A DNA stretch of 64,000 nt from assembly GCA_034530875.2 (NCBI GenBank), contig JAVRCJ020000011.1, forward strand, positions 64,001 through 128,000, given 5' to 3'. The notes below the pieces were generated by a model that was given only the letters and a program-made list of their open reading frames with translations, did no database searches and was not told the origin of the DNA. Below, piece after piece: positions 19,802 to 29,100 of this stretch. The DNA comes from Nostoc sp. DedSLP01 (GTDB lineage Bacteria > Cyanobacteriota > Cyanobacteriia > Cyanobacteriales > Nostocaceae). Made by a program: the position numbers and the translations under genes. The first letter of the stretch is position 1, and each line of letters begins with the position of its first letter.

Positions 19802-21754
19802 AATCAACTAAAAATCCAATTAAGTTGGGAAGATCCGGCAACGGGAGAACGGCGAGAACCTATGTTGAATGTACCGATCGCCTTTGGTCGGGAATTTGCC
19901 CGGTTGCCTGCGGAACTTGGAGGGCAGCGAGTTTCGAGGATGCTGTTGAATAGTAATGAAGTTTCTCGCTACCATGCCCTAATCGACTGGGAACAAAATC
20001 ATTTGGTGGTCATTGACCAAGGTAGCGTTAACGGCGTCTATGTCAACGGTCAAGAACAAAAGCGCAGTATTTTGTCTAATGGCGATACGTTACAAATTGG
20101 CCCGTATTTAATTGCGGTCAAGTTTGTTGGTAACACTGCTGAACCAGATACCGCGCCACCTTCAACGATTGGCTTTAACCCAAATACCAATATCCCAGAC
20201 CCCAGTTTGCCTGTAGCCCAGCCTGCGAATGCTGCTGGTACTAATTTTCCGCCACCAATTTTTCAAGCAGAAAAAGTCCCCATACTCGCGCTTTATGCTA
20301 CTGGGCTACCAGTGGATGAATTTGATTACCTGGCGATCGGGGCGGGAATCGGTAGCTTTGTTTGGGTTGATTTACTGCGAATTAGTGGCGTCCGTCCCGA
20401 GAAAATTGTAGCTGTGGGATTGGAGGCAGAACCTTATGCCCGTTATAAGCGCCTGTGTATGAATTCCCAAATTCCCCTATATGAAAGACTGCGGTCTAAT
20501 TCAGATTCTTGCCCTGATAATATTTGGGGCTGGCCTAGTTATGCGTTGCGGGAAGCTTGGGGTGACTTTGGCAAGGGACAAATTAACTCAGCATTGAAAT
20601 ATTTATGGCAGGTGTTTGCCGAACCAACATTTGCCGAAACTTATACACCGCGTGCTGGTAATGTTTTTAATTCCATTGACAGGGAGGCCAAGCGCATTGG
20701 TTGGAACCAAATTTATCGTTATGGGCGAGTCCGGGCAGTTCGCAAAACCGATGATGGTAGGTATTGCATAGCCTATTCTCGCGCCCCAGGAAATTATGCT
20801 TTTTTAGTTAGTCGTTATTTACATTTAGCTACTGGATATCCAGCAATTCAGTTTCTCCCAGATTTGCAAGCTTATAGAGAAAAATATCAAGATTTTCAAA
20901 CTGTTGTTAATGCTTACGAAGCACACGATCGCGTTTATCAGCAATTAGAGCAAAATGGCGGTACAGTATTGATTCGGGGACGAGGAATTGTGGCTTCGCG
21001 GATTGTGCAGCGGATTTATGAAGCCAGAAAGCGAAATCGCAATATTTCAGTTTTACATTTAATGCGATCGCCTAAACCCCAAGGCAACAAATTTCAAAAT
21101 GCCCAACGCCTAGTTAAAAATCATTATGAATTCCAACCCTTTAACTGGCCGAAAGCTTGTTGGGGCGGCGAACTCCGGGTCATGTTAGAAAAAGCCAGCC
21201 CCGACGAACGCAAAAGCTTACTAGCAGACTGGGGCGGTACCACCACCGCCGACCGCCACGACTGGCAGCGAATTACTGCCCAAGGGATAAGCGAAGGCTG
21301 GTATCAAATTACCTTCGGTGAAGTGCTGGATGTCGAACGAGATCCCCAAAACCGGACTATTACCCGTATCAGAGAAAAAAGCTTTGGCGAAATGAAATTG
21401 CTAGCTGACTTTATTGTTGATGCTACCGGACTGGATGCCAAAGTAAATGCTAGCCCTTTACTAGAAGATTTTGTCAAACATTACAACTTGCCACTCAATC
21501 ACTTGGGGCGATTAACTGTTGCTAACAACTTTGAATTAGTAGAAATGCGTAACGATAGGGGACAGATGTATGCAGCAGGGGCGATTACCCTTGGTGGGCC
21601 TTATGCCGCAGTTGATAGTTTTTTAGGCTTGCAATACGCCGCATTAGTTGCCGTTGACGGACTCGCCGCCGCCCGTGCGCCTGGAGTTCATAGGTTGAAT
21701 GCTGTAAGTTCCTTGAGGCAATGGTTGAAGTGGGCGTTAAATCAGTCACCTTAG
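19796..21754 (+). CDS. FHA domain fused to a FAD/NAD(P)-dependent oxidoreductase (class B flavin monooxygenase-like)
   Basis: FHA: FGRE, VSRYHA, DQGSVNG; then AIGAGIGS, HLATGY, IRGRGIVAS, IVDATGL dinucleotide-binding motifs. Confidence 0.8.
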   Translation: MTNQLKIQLSWEDPATGERREPMLNVPIAFGREFARLPAELGGQRVSRMLLNSNEVSRYHALIDWEQNHLVVIDQGSVNGVYVNGQEQKRSILSNGDTLQIGPYLIAVKFVGNTAEPDTAPPSTIGFNPNTNIPDPSLPVAQPANAAGTNFPPPIFQAEKVPILALYATGLPVDEFDYLAIGAGIGSFVWVDLLRISGVRPEKIVAVGLEAEPYARYKRLCMNSQIPLYERLRSNSDSCPDNIWGWPSYALREAWGDFGKGQINSALKYLWQVFAEPTFAETYTPRAGNVFNSIDREAKRIGWNQIYRYGRVRAVRKTDDGRYCIAYSRAPGNYAFLVSRYLHLATGYPAIQFLPDLQAYREKYQDFQTVVNAYEAHDRVYQQLEQNGGTVLIRGRGIVASRIVQRIYEARKRNRNISVLHLMRSPKPQGNKFQNAQRLVKNHYEFQPFNWPKACWGGELRVMLEKASPDERKSLLADWGGTTTADRHDWQRITAQGISEGWYQITFGEVLDVERDPQNRTITRIREKSFGEMKLLADFIVDATGLDAKVNASPLLEDFVKHYNLPLNHLGRLTVANNFELVEMRNDRGQMYAAGAITLGGPYAAVDSFLGLQYAALVAVDGLAAARAPGVHRLNAVSSLRQWLKWALNQSP

Positions 21755-21914
21755 TACTCTGCCAACCCAAAAATGTTAGGTGGAGGTTGGGTAAAGGGTA
21801 AAGGGTAAAGGGAAAAGGGTAAGGGATAAAAAACATGAGTCCCTTTCCCCCTTCGCCTTTACCCCGCTTGCGTTGCCTTGGCGTAATATTAGGAATACAG
21901 GAGAATATTTTCCA

Positions 21915-22472
21915 ATGAAGACTCAGTATTACACTGCCACCAGCTTAGATGGCTTCATTGCTGATTCAGAGAATTCTTTGGATTGGCTTTTTCAGTTCGG
22001 CGAAGTTGAAAATGGCAGCTATCCTAACTTCATCCGCGAAGTTGGCGCCATAGCAATGGGTTCGACGACTTACGAATGGATTTTAAACCATCAGAAGGAT
22101 GAAACAGGGGAGTGTCCGCAAGTATGGAGTTACGAGCAACCAACTTGGGTCTTTACCTCTCGCATTTTGCCTATCATCGAAGGAGCTGATGTCAGATTTG
22201 TGAAAGGAGATGTCCGCCCCGTACATCAACAGATGATTGAGGTTGCAGGTAATAAGAATATTTGGGTTGTGGGCGGTGGGGACTTGGTAGGTCAATTTTA
22301 CGATCGAGGGCTGCTTGATGAGGTCATTGTTCAGATTGCTTCGGTGACCCTTGGTAGCGGGGCACCATTGCTACCGCGCAAGATCGTAACACCTCCATTA
22401 AACCTTTTATCTGCAACGGTGTATGGTAATGCTTTTGCAGAGCTTCATTATGAAGTTGTCCGCCCGCGCTGA
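21915..22472 (+). CDS. Dihydrofolate reductase family / RibD C-terminal domain protein
   Basis: ATSLDGFIA, MGSTTYE, IWVVGGGDL, GLLDE, LGSGAPL; AGGAGA SD before ATG 21915. Confidence 0.92.
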   Translation: MKTQYYTATSLDGFIADSENSLDWLFQFGEVENGSYPNFIREVGAIAMGSTTYEWILNHQKDETGECPQVWSYEQPTWVFTSRILPIIEGADVRFVKGDVRPVHQQMIEVAGNKNIWVVGGGDLVGQFYDRGLLDEVIVQIASVTLGSGAPLLPRKIVTPPLNLLSATVYGNAFAELHYEVVRPR

Positions 22473-22480
22473 TAATATAG

Positions 22481-22574
22481 AGAAGGCAGGAGGCAGAAGG
22501 CAGAAGGTAAAACTATTGCTATTCCTAGCATTCACGCTTGTCATTATGTCCTAACATATCTGACTACGGCTATA
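22481..22574. repeat. Dispersed repeat (STRR + CTATTCCTAGCATT...ATGTCCTAACATATCTG)
   Basis: Second copy at about 43542-43660. Confidence 0.7.
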
Positions 22575-22745
22575 TGTGATGAAATCTGCGATCGCAATTG
22601 ACGCAGACCGCAACACCATTTTTTCTAAACAAAATCTGCATCTGCAAATAATATCGTGTCCGGCTAATCCTAGCTATGATAAAAAGATCTGTAAAATGGG
22701 AACAATTTTTAGAGACCGAGAATTAGCCATATAATCTCTAAAGAT

Positions 22746-25037
22746 ATGAAGCTTGTGTTGTATAAAAAGTTGTCTCTGCGATTTATTTTAGTTGTTCCTT
22801 TTGCTCTACAAGCTTTGATTTTAGTGGGATTAGTGGGCTATATATCTTTTAGAAACGGTCAAAAGGCAGTGAATCAGTTAGCCTTAAGGTTGGAGCAAAA
22901 GGTCAACCAACAAGTCGAACAACACTTGAATTCTTATCTAGCAGTTCCTCGGCAACTTCATCAAATTAATGCAGATGCGATCGCTAAGGAAGTAATTGAT
23001 ATTCATAATTTTCATAAAGCCGGTAATTATTTCTGGAAACAAGTTCAAGTTTATAAAGATATTAATTTTTTAGGATGTGTTTTATCTAATGGTGAGATGA
23101 TAGGTGCAGGTCGATGGTTGAAAGATAAAGGAGTGACAATTGAGGAGATTTCCACCAAAACGAACTATAAAGCCTACAGCTATGCTACAGACGTTCGAGG
23201 CAGTCGGATGCAAGTTGCTTTTATTGATAACTATAAACCCTTAGAAGATGACTGGTATACTCAAACTGTAAAGGCAGGTAAACCGATTTGGAGTTCAGTA
23301 TATCCAGCCCAGAGTGATATTGCAGACTACGTTGCTATTTCTGCTAATCACCCAATCTACGATAAAAAACACCAATTGCTCGGCGTATTAAATATTGATT
23401 TGCTTTTATCAAGCATCACAAATTTTGTAAATCAGTTAAATGTCAGTCCTTCTGGTGAAGTTTTAATCATTGAACGTAATGGACTTACGATCGCTAGTTC
23501 TGCTGATGAAAAACCGTTCCATGTAGCCAAGGGTCAACTTAAACGACTTCATATTTCTAATAGTCAAGATCCTAAAATTCGAGCTATAGCTCAACAACTG
23601 CAAAAAACATTTAGAGATTTTCAGACCATTCAATTTAGCCAAAACTTAGAGTTCCAATTCAATGGCGAACGTCAATTTGTTCAGATTACCCCTTGGCAGG
23701 ATGAGCTTGGCCTGAATTGGCTAATTATTGTTGTCCTTCCCGAACGTGACTTTATGGGTGAAATTAATGCTAACAAACAGACTACAATCTTACTTTGTAT
23801 AGCCGCCCTAATAATAGCGATCGCACTGGGATTGCTCGCCTCAAAGTGGATTATTCAGCCAATTTTAAACTTAGATAAAGCAAGTGCAGCAATTGCTGCT
23901 GGAGACTTAGAGCAAGTTGTTGAGCCTAACACTCTTAAAGAACTTAGTGGTTTAGCTGACTCATTCAATCACATGGCTCAACAGTTACGAGAATCTTTCG
24001 CAGTACAAGCTCGAATCTATATTGAACTAGAAAAAACCAATGAAGAACTAGAATTGCGAGTAGAACAGCGCACCCAGGATTTGCAACAAACTCTCAAAAA
24101 TCTCCGCAAGGCACAAGTGCAACTTATACAAATAGAAAAAATGTCTAGCCTTGGACAATTAGTTGCTGGTATTGCTCACGAAATTAATAATCCTGTTAAC
24201 TTTATTTATGCTAATCTTCAATATGCCTCTGAATATAGTCAGGGTTTACTCAAGCTGATTGATTTGTATCAGAAAGAATACCCTCAAGCAACTGCGGAAA
24301 TTCAAAAACAAATCAAAACTCTGGATTTAGAATATGTGCGTCAAGATTTACCGCAAATATTTAACTCCATGAGTACTGGCTCTGAGCGGATTCAAAATAT
24401 TGTTTTGTCATTACGAAACTTTTCTCGTTTGGATGAAGCCGAATTTAAAATTGTAGATATTCACGAAGGAATTGATAGTACTTTGATGCTCCTGAAGAGC
24501 CATTTAAGTTCTACTTCGCTACATCCAAATATTAAAGTTATGAAGAATTATGGCAGACTGCCTAAAATTGGCTGTTATCCAGGACAGTTAAATCAGGTGT
24601 TTATAGCTTTAATTATGAATGCTATTCATGCCATTGAGGAGGAGACTAGGAATGGTAAATGGCTTAAAAAAAAGGAAGAGGATTTTAAAGCTAATTTAGA
24701 AAATAAAAGCCCAAATCTCAAACCGAGAATTAAGTCCTCTCCTTGTATACAGATTAATACAGATATCATCGATCCCAATTACATTAAGATTAGTATTATT
24801 GATAATGGAATTGGGATTCCACTAGAAATTCAATCAAAATTATTTGACCCATTCTTTACAACTAAAGAAGTTGGGAAAGGAACAGGGCTGGGATTATCTA
24901 TTAGTTATCAAATTGTAGTACAACAACATGAAGGAAGTTTAGAAGTTAATTCAACTCCAGGGGAAGGAGCAGAATTTATTGTCACACTACCTGTTAAACT
25001 CAATGCAAAAAAAGGTGAATTATTAATTAGCACTTAA
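22746..25037 (+). CDS. Membrane sensor histidine kinase (Cache-HAMP-HisKA-HATPase)
   Basis: Two TMs around a periplasmic domain (WY..GKPIWS), HAMP, AHEINNP, DNGIG, FDPFFTTK, GTGLGL. Confidence 0.95.
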   Translation: MKLVLYKKLSLRFILVVPFALQALILVGLVGYISFRNGQKAVNQLALRLEQKVNQQVEQHLNSYLAVPRQLHQINADAIAKEVIDIHNFHKAGNYFWKQVQVYKDINFLGCVLSNGEMIGAGRWLKDKGVTIEEISTKTNYKAYSYATDVRGSRMQVAFIDNYKPLEDDWYTQTVKAGKPIWSSVYPAQSDIADYVAISANHPIYDKKHQLLGVLNIDLLLSSITNFVNQLNVSPSGEVLIIERNGLTIASSADEKPFHVAKGQLKRLHISNSQDPKIRAIAQQLQKTFRDFQTIQFSQNLEFQFNGERQFVQITPWQDELGLNWLIIVVLPERDFMGEINANKQTTILLCIAALIIAIALGLLASKWIIQPILNLDKASAAIAAGDLEQVVEPNTLKELSGLADSFNHMAQQLRESFAVQARIYIELEKTNEELELRVEQRTQDLQQTLKNLRKAQVQLIQIEKMSSLGQLVAGIAHEINNPVNFIYANLQYASEYSQGLLKLIDLYQKEYPQATAEIQKQIKTLDLEYVRQDLPQIFNSMSTGSERIQNIVLSLRNFSRLDEAEFKIVDIHEGIDSTLMLLKSHLSSTSLHPNIKVMKNYGRLPKIGCYPGQLNQVFIALIMNAIHAIEEETRNGKWLKKKEEDFKANLENKSPNLKPRIKSSPCIQINTDIIDPNYIKISIIDNGIGIPLEIQSKLFDPFFTTKEVGKGTGLGLSISYQIVVQQHEGSLEVNSTPGEGAEFIVTLPVKLNAKKGELLIST

Positions 25038-25038
25038 C

Positions 25039-25139
25039 TATAGCAATCCTATTTAATTTACAAACCATTCGTGGAGGCAGGGAATAGGGAATGGGGAATG
25101 GGGAATAGATGTGTTTGCAACTCTTTTAGGACTGCTATA
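25039..25139. mobile_element. MITE-like element, TATAGCAATCCTA TIR family
   Basis: TATAGCAATCCTA...TAGGACTGCTATA with STRR inside. Confidence 0.75.
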
Positions 25140-25224
25140 AATAAAATTATCTGTATGTAGCGTTTATGTTTGATTTGACTCAACTCACATTCTTTTCTGT
25201 TTCCTAACCCAAGAATAGAGCTTT

Positions 25225-25992
25225 TTAACGGGATTTTACGCCACAAGCAAAAATTACATAAAAGAAACCTGCTTCGCATTCTGGCAGTTGCCTAACTCTG
25301 ATATCTACATCAAAAAAACCATTATCCCAAAAACAATTGAGTACATCTTGCGGTTCTAGCTTAGTTGAAGGAAAATATAAGTCGGCTACTCGATAAAATG
25401 TTCCAGAACCACAAGCTGATGTAATTAATGTTCCTCCTGGCTTCACCATACTCATAATATTGCTCATATAAATACGCCAGGAATCTCGATTGGGACTGAT
25501 ACCTTCAGCGCAGTAGTGAGCTGTTACTAATGGATAAAATTCTCGCTTTTCTAAACCTAATGGATTTGTTTCTCGAACATCGCCAGGTAATAATTGCGTA
25601 ATCTGCTGTCGAATTTTTTGCTCTCTATTTTCTATATCTGTTTGTGTAGGATTCAGATTACCTTCTAAACGCAGAACTTCTGAAGTAAATTGTCGCCAAT
25701 TAAAAGCATCTGATTGATTTTTTACCCATTTTTGTAACTCAGATAAATTCGATTCTAAATACTCTGATACATGAATTTCTGCCGCTTTAGTTGCTAGTGG
25801 TAATATATGAGAAACTATGGGGCCGCTACCAAAATCTAAAGCAACTGGAACGGAAGAAACTCGCCGCAGCGATTCGACCAAAAATTCTAGACAAAATTTT
25901 TCATCATCCATAATACTTGCATAATATTCTCCAAGGTAATCTTTGGGGTTCCAAGCAGTATATTCAGCGTATTGCAGATTAGATGTTTGCAT
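25225..25992 (-). CDS. NNMT/PNMT/TEMT-family SAM N-methyltransferase (GntF-like)
   Basis: WNPKDYLGEYY, LDFGSGP, SEYLESNLSELQKW, FNW, GDV, YCAE, VKPGGTLI, FYRV match the NNMT-family motif order. Confidence 0.85.
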   Translation of the reverse strand: MQTSNLQYAEYTAWNPKDYLGEYYASIMDDEKFCLEFLVESLRRVSSVPVALDFGSGPIVSHILPLATKAAEIHVSEYLESNLSELQKWVKNQSDAFNWRQFTSEVLRLEGNLNPTQTDIENREQKIRQQITQLLPGDVRETNPLGLEKREFYPLVTAHYCAEGISPNRDSWRIYMSNIMSMVKPGGTLITSACGSGTFYRVADLYFPSTKLEPQDVLNCFWDNGFFDVDIRVRQLPECEAGFFYVIFACGVKSR

Positions 25993-26108
25993 TTAATGCA
26001 CCTTTTGATTTACTAGTGTTGACTGGCCCCTTTGGGGCGGGTGTAGTGAAAATTTCCCTACACCCCACACCCTTTTCATCTGTATGCTTTTGCTACTATA
26101 GTTCCTAA

Positions 26109-29100
26109 TTAAATTGAATGGGAAAAACAGTTAGATTGGGGAGCTTCTAAAAAGCTACTTTCGATAAAATAATTTAAGTAAGTCTCGAGCAGGTTTTTGT
26201 CGGCAGCTGGACACTCGATCGCAGCACCATGCAATCCCTCAATTGTATTGCTACAGTCAAATACCTGAGTTCCAGCTAACCACAGTTCTAAGCGAGTGCA
26301 TTTATCATCTGCGATCGCCTCGGTAATTACTGAAGCTAAGGGAGCAAGGGCATTTTGTCTTTGTTTAATCGCAGTTTGCCATTGCTGGTAAGGTACTTTT
26401 TGAATAGAGTATCCAAAAGTGTTGAGCGCCTGAATCAAGTCGTCCATAGCCAAAGGTTGGGGATTGACTAAATGGAAAGCTTGGCCTATGGATTGTGGCT
26501 GTCGAGATAAATGCACGATCGCTTTACTGACATAATCCACGGGAGTCATATCGATGGTCAAATCGAGATTGGGAGCTTGTTGCAGTCTAACCATCGCCTC
26601 AATCAAACAACTAATTAAATCAGTTGTGTTACAGCTTCCCGTCTGGCTATGTCCGGTTACCATTCCGGGTCGATAAATGCAAACGGGTAAGCCTCTAGCA
26701 GCAGCCGAGGTAACTAACTGTTCTGCAACCCATTTACTTTGGGCGTAGCCGCCAGAAATTCCATTTCTGTGAACAATACTGTCGTTTTCATAGATAACTG
26801 GAACGCCTTTAGCTGCTAAAGATTCAAATACATCTAGAGTCGAAATGTAGTGTAGAGGTTTAGATTTACCGCTATTTGCTAGTTTTATAATTTCGTGGGT
26901 ACCCATGACGTTTGCAGCGTGCAAAGTCGCGTAGGGATAAAGTAAATTGACGTTTGCACCACTGTGATAAATCGCATCGATGGAGTCGGCTAGTGTCTGA
27001 AACTGTTGTTCCGTCAAACCTAATTTTGGTTGTGCTAAGTCACCTATGACTGGAATTATCCGCGTGTAAAATGCTTCAAATCCAGAAGAAAAATGTTGCT
27101 TGAGGCTATGGCGGAGTTTCTGATTTGCTTGGGATATGTCTTCGGCACGTACCAGACAATAAATTTTCGCTTGCGTTTGCTGCAATAGTTCGTAGAGTAA
27201 AAATCTACCGATAAATCCAGTTGCGCCAGTTAAGAAAATTGCTTCTGGTTCGGTTGATTGTGTAACCTGAGAAAAACGATATTGAATAGCGTTGTCAAGG
27301 ATAGCTTCGGCTTGGAGTTGTTGTAAAGTCATCCTTTCGGTAGCAGCTTGGACATCTGTACAGCTACGTTGAATCAAGCTTGCTAATGCAGCAATAGTTG
27401 GGACGTTCAAAAATTCTATTAGCGGTACTATTACTTGGTAAGCTTTTTCAACTTGAAAGATTAATTGTGTAGTTCGTAGGGAATCACCGCCTAAATCAAA
27501 AAAGTTGTCGTTGATTCCAATACCGGTAATTCCCAAAACCCCAGACCAGAGGTTAGCTAACTCTTGTTCTAAATCTGTACGCGGTGCCACGAATGCTGCT
27601 TCTAATGCTGGCCGATCGCAACTTGGAGCAGGTAGAGCCTGGCGATCGATTTTACCATTTACAGTCAGGGGCAGGGAATTGAGCAGCACGATTGCCGAAG
27701 GAATTATGTAACTTGGTAATTTACCTTTGAGATCCGAACGCAGTTGAGATACCAAGTTATGGGATATTTTGCTTTGTAAGGGATTGTTGGCGTACAGATG
27801 CCAGGGTTTGGATGCGAGGGGTTGAGCTAATGGGATGGCTGGCGTTGTGTAATGTTCGTTAGTGGAGTTATCTTGAAGCAACACATCATAATAGCCTTGT
27901 GAATTAGCTCCTGAATAACTAATGGCGATCGCATAGCCTGTTTCTTGGCTCAGTTTGCATAATGCTTCTGGATCTACACCTATCTGTTGGTTTATCCCAT
28001 TGACAGCTTGTCGCAACTCACCGACTGTTTTCGGACATTCAGAACTAGATAACAATTCGACTGTTTTGACATCAGCAATAACCTTGGCATGGGGAATAGC
28101 TCGAATACCTAAAATTGGCGGTTTGGTATCTTGCAAAAGCTGCTGTACAGATGACACAGATAAGTTTTGCTCCTGCCAGTTTAACCAAACAGAATTAATC
28201 GGTGTAGAAGCCTTTTGCCCAATTTCCAAAATTACATCGTAGCGAAAGCGATTGAGTTCATTGTCTGATTCACCATGTTTGATGCAAATACGGACTTGAT
28301 GAATTTCTGGGTATTCTTGCCCAAGTGCGTAGAAGAAATCTGGATCGATAGTCAGTTCTTCCTCTTGCTGCAACCGTTGCTCTACTTTGTGTCGTAGTAC
28401 CTCGATTGGTTCCTCATCTTCAGTTTGATAAAGTTCTATTGAGGCTGCAAAGGCTGTTAATAGTCCGTAACTCCGTATATCCCCGAGAAAAATGCATCCA
28501 CCCGGCTCAACGACCTTTATGGCTTCTGCCAAGACTTCCATCAGATAAGCCACACTGGGGAAATATTGGATCACAGAATTGATAATTACTGTATCGAAGG
28601 AGCAAGAACCGATTGCTTGAAAATCATGGGCAGGGCTTTGGTAAAGGCTGACTTGCGGTAAACTCAGTTCTGGTTTGGCAAGTTGTTGTTGTACGTAGTT
28701 GAGTGCGGTTTGTGAAAAATCAGTACCCAAATATTTTTGGCAGTGGGGAGCGACTCTAAACAACATTAACCCCGTACCGCAACCAATTTCTAAGACGTTT
28801 CGGGGTTGCAGCGACAAAATGCGATCGACAGTTCGATCCACCCATTCTTGCATTTGGACATCGGGAATCATTTGGCCTGTATAGCTGTCGAACCAACCAC
28901 TAATGTTAAATGTAGATTGCCAGCGATCGCCAACTCCATTGAATTCATCGGAGTCGTGAATCATCCGCCATTGGTCGATTTGTTCGTTTTCTAGAGTGGA
29001 CGAGTTAAAAACATCGGTAGTTTCAGCAGCCAAGTTTGGTACTACATAAGCAACCAATCTGCGATCGCCAGGTACATCTTCTCTGACAATTGCGATCGCT

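Noticed and set aside
19404..19807. Several overlapping ORFs between the FHA genes
   Set aside because: STRR translation artefacts.
22746..25037. Sensor kinase as part of the NRPS-like cluster
   Set aside because: Convergent orientation, separated by a MITE, and a common kinase type; no evidence of linkage.
25225..25992. Guanitoxin gene cluster
   Set aside because: Only a GntF-like methyltransferase is present; no PLP enzymes, hydroxylases, kinase or O-methyltransferase nearby.
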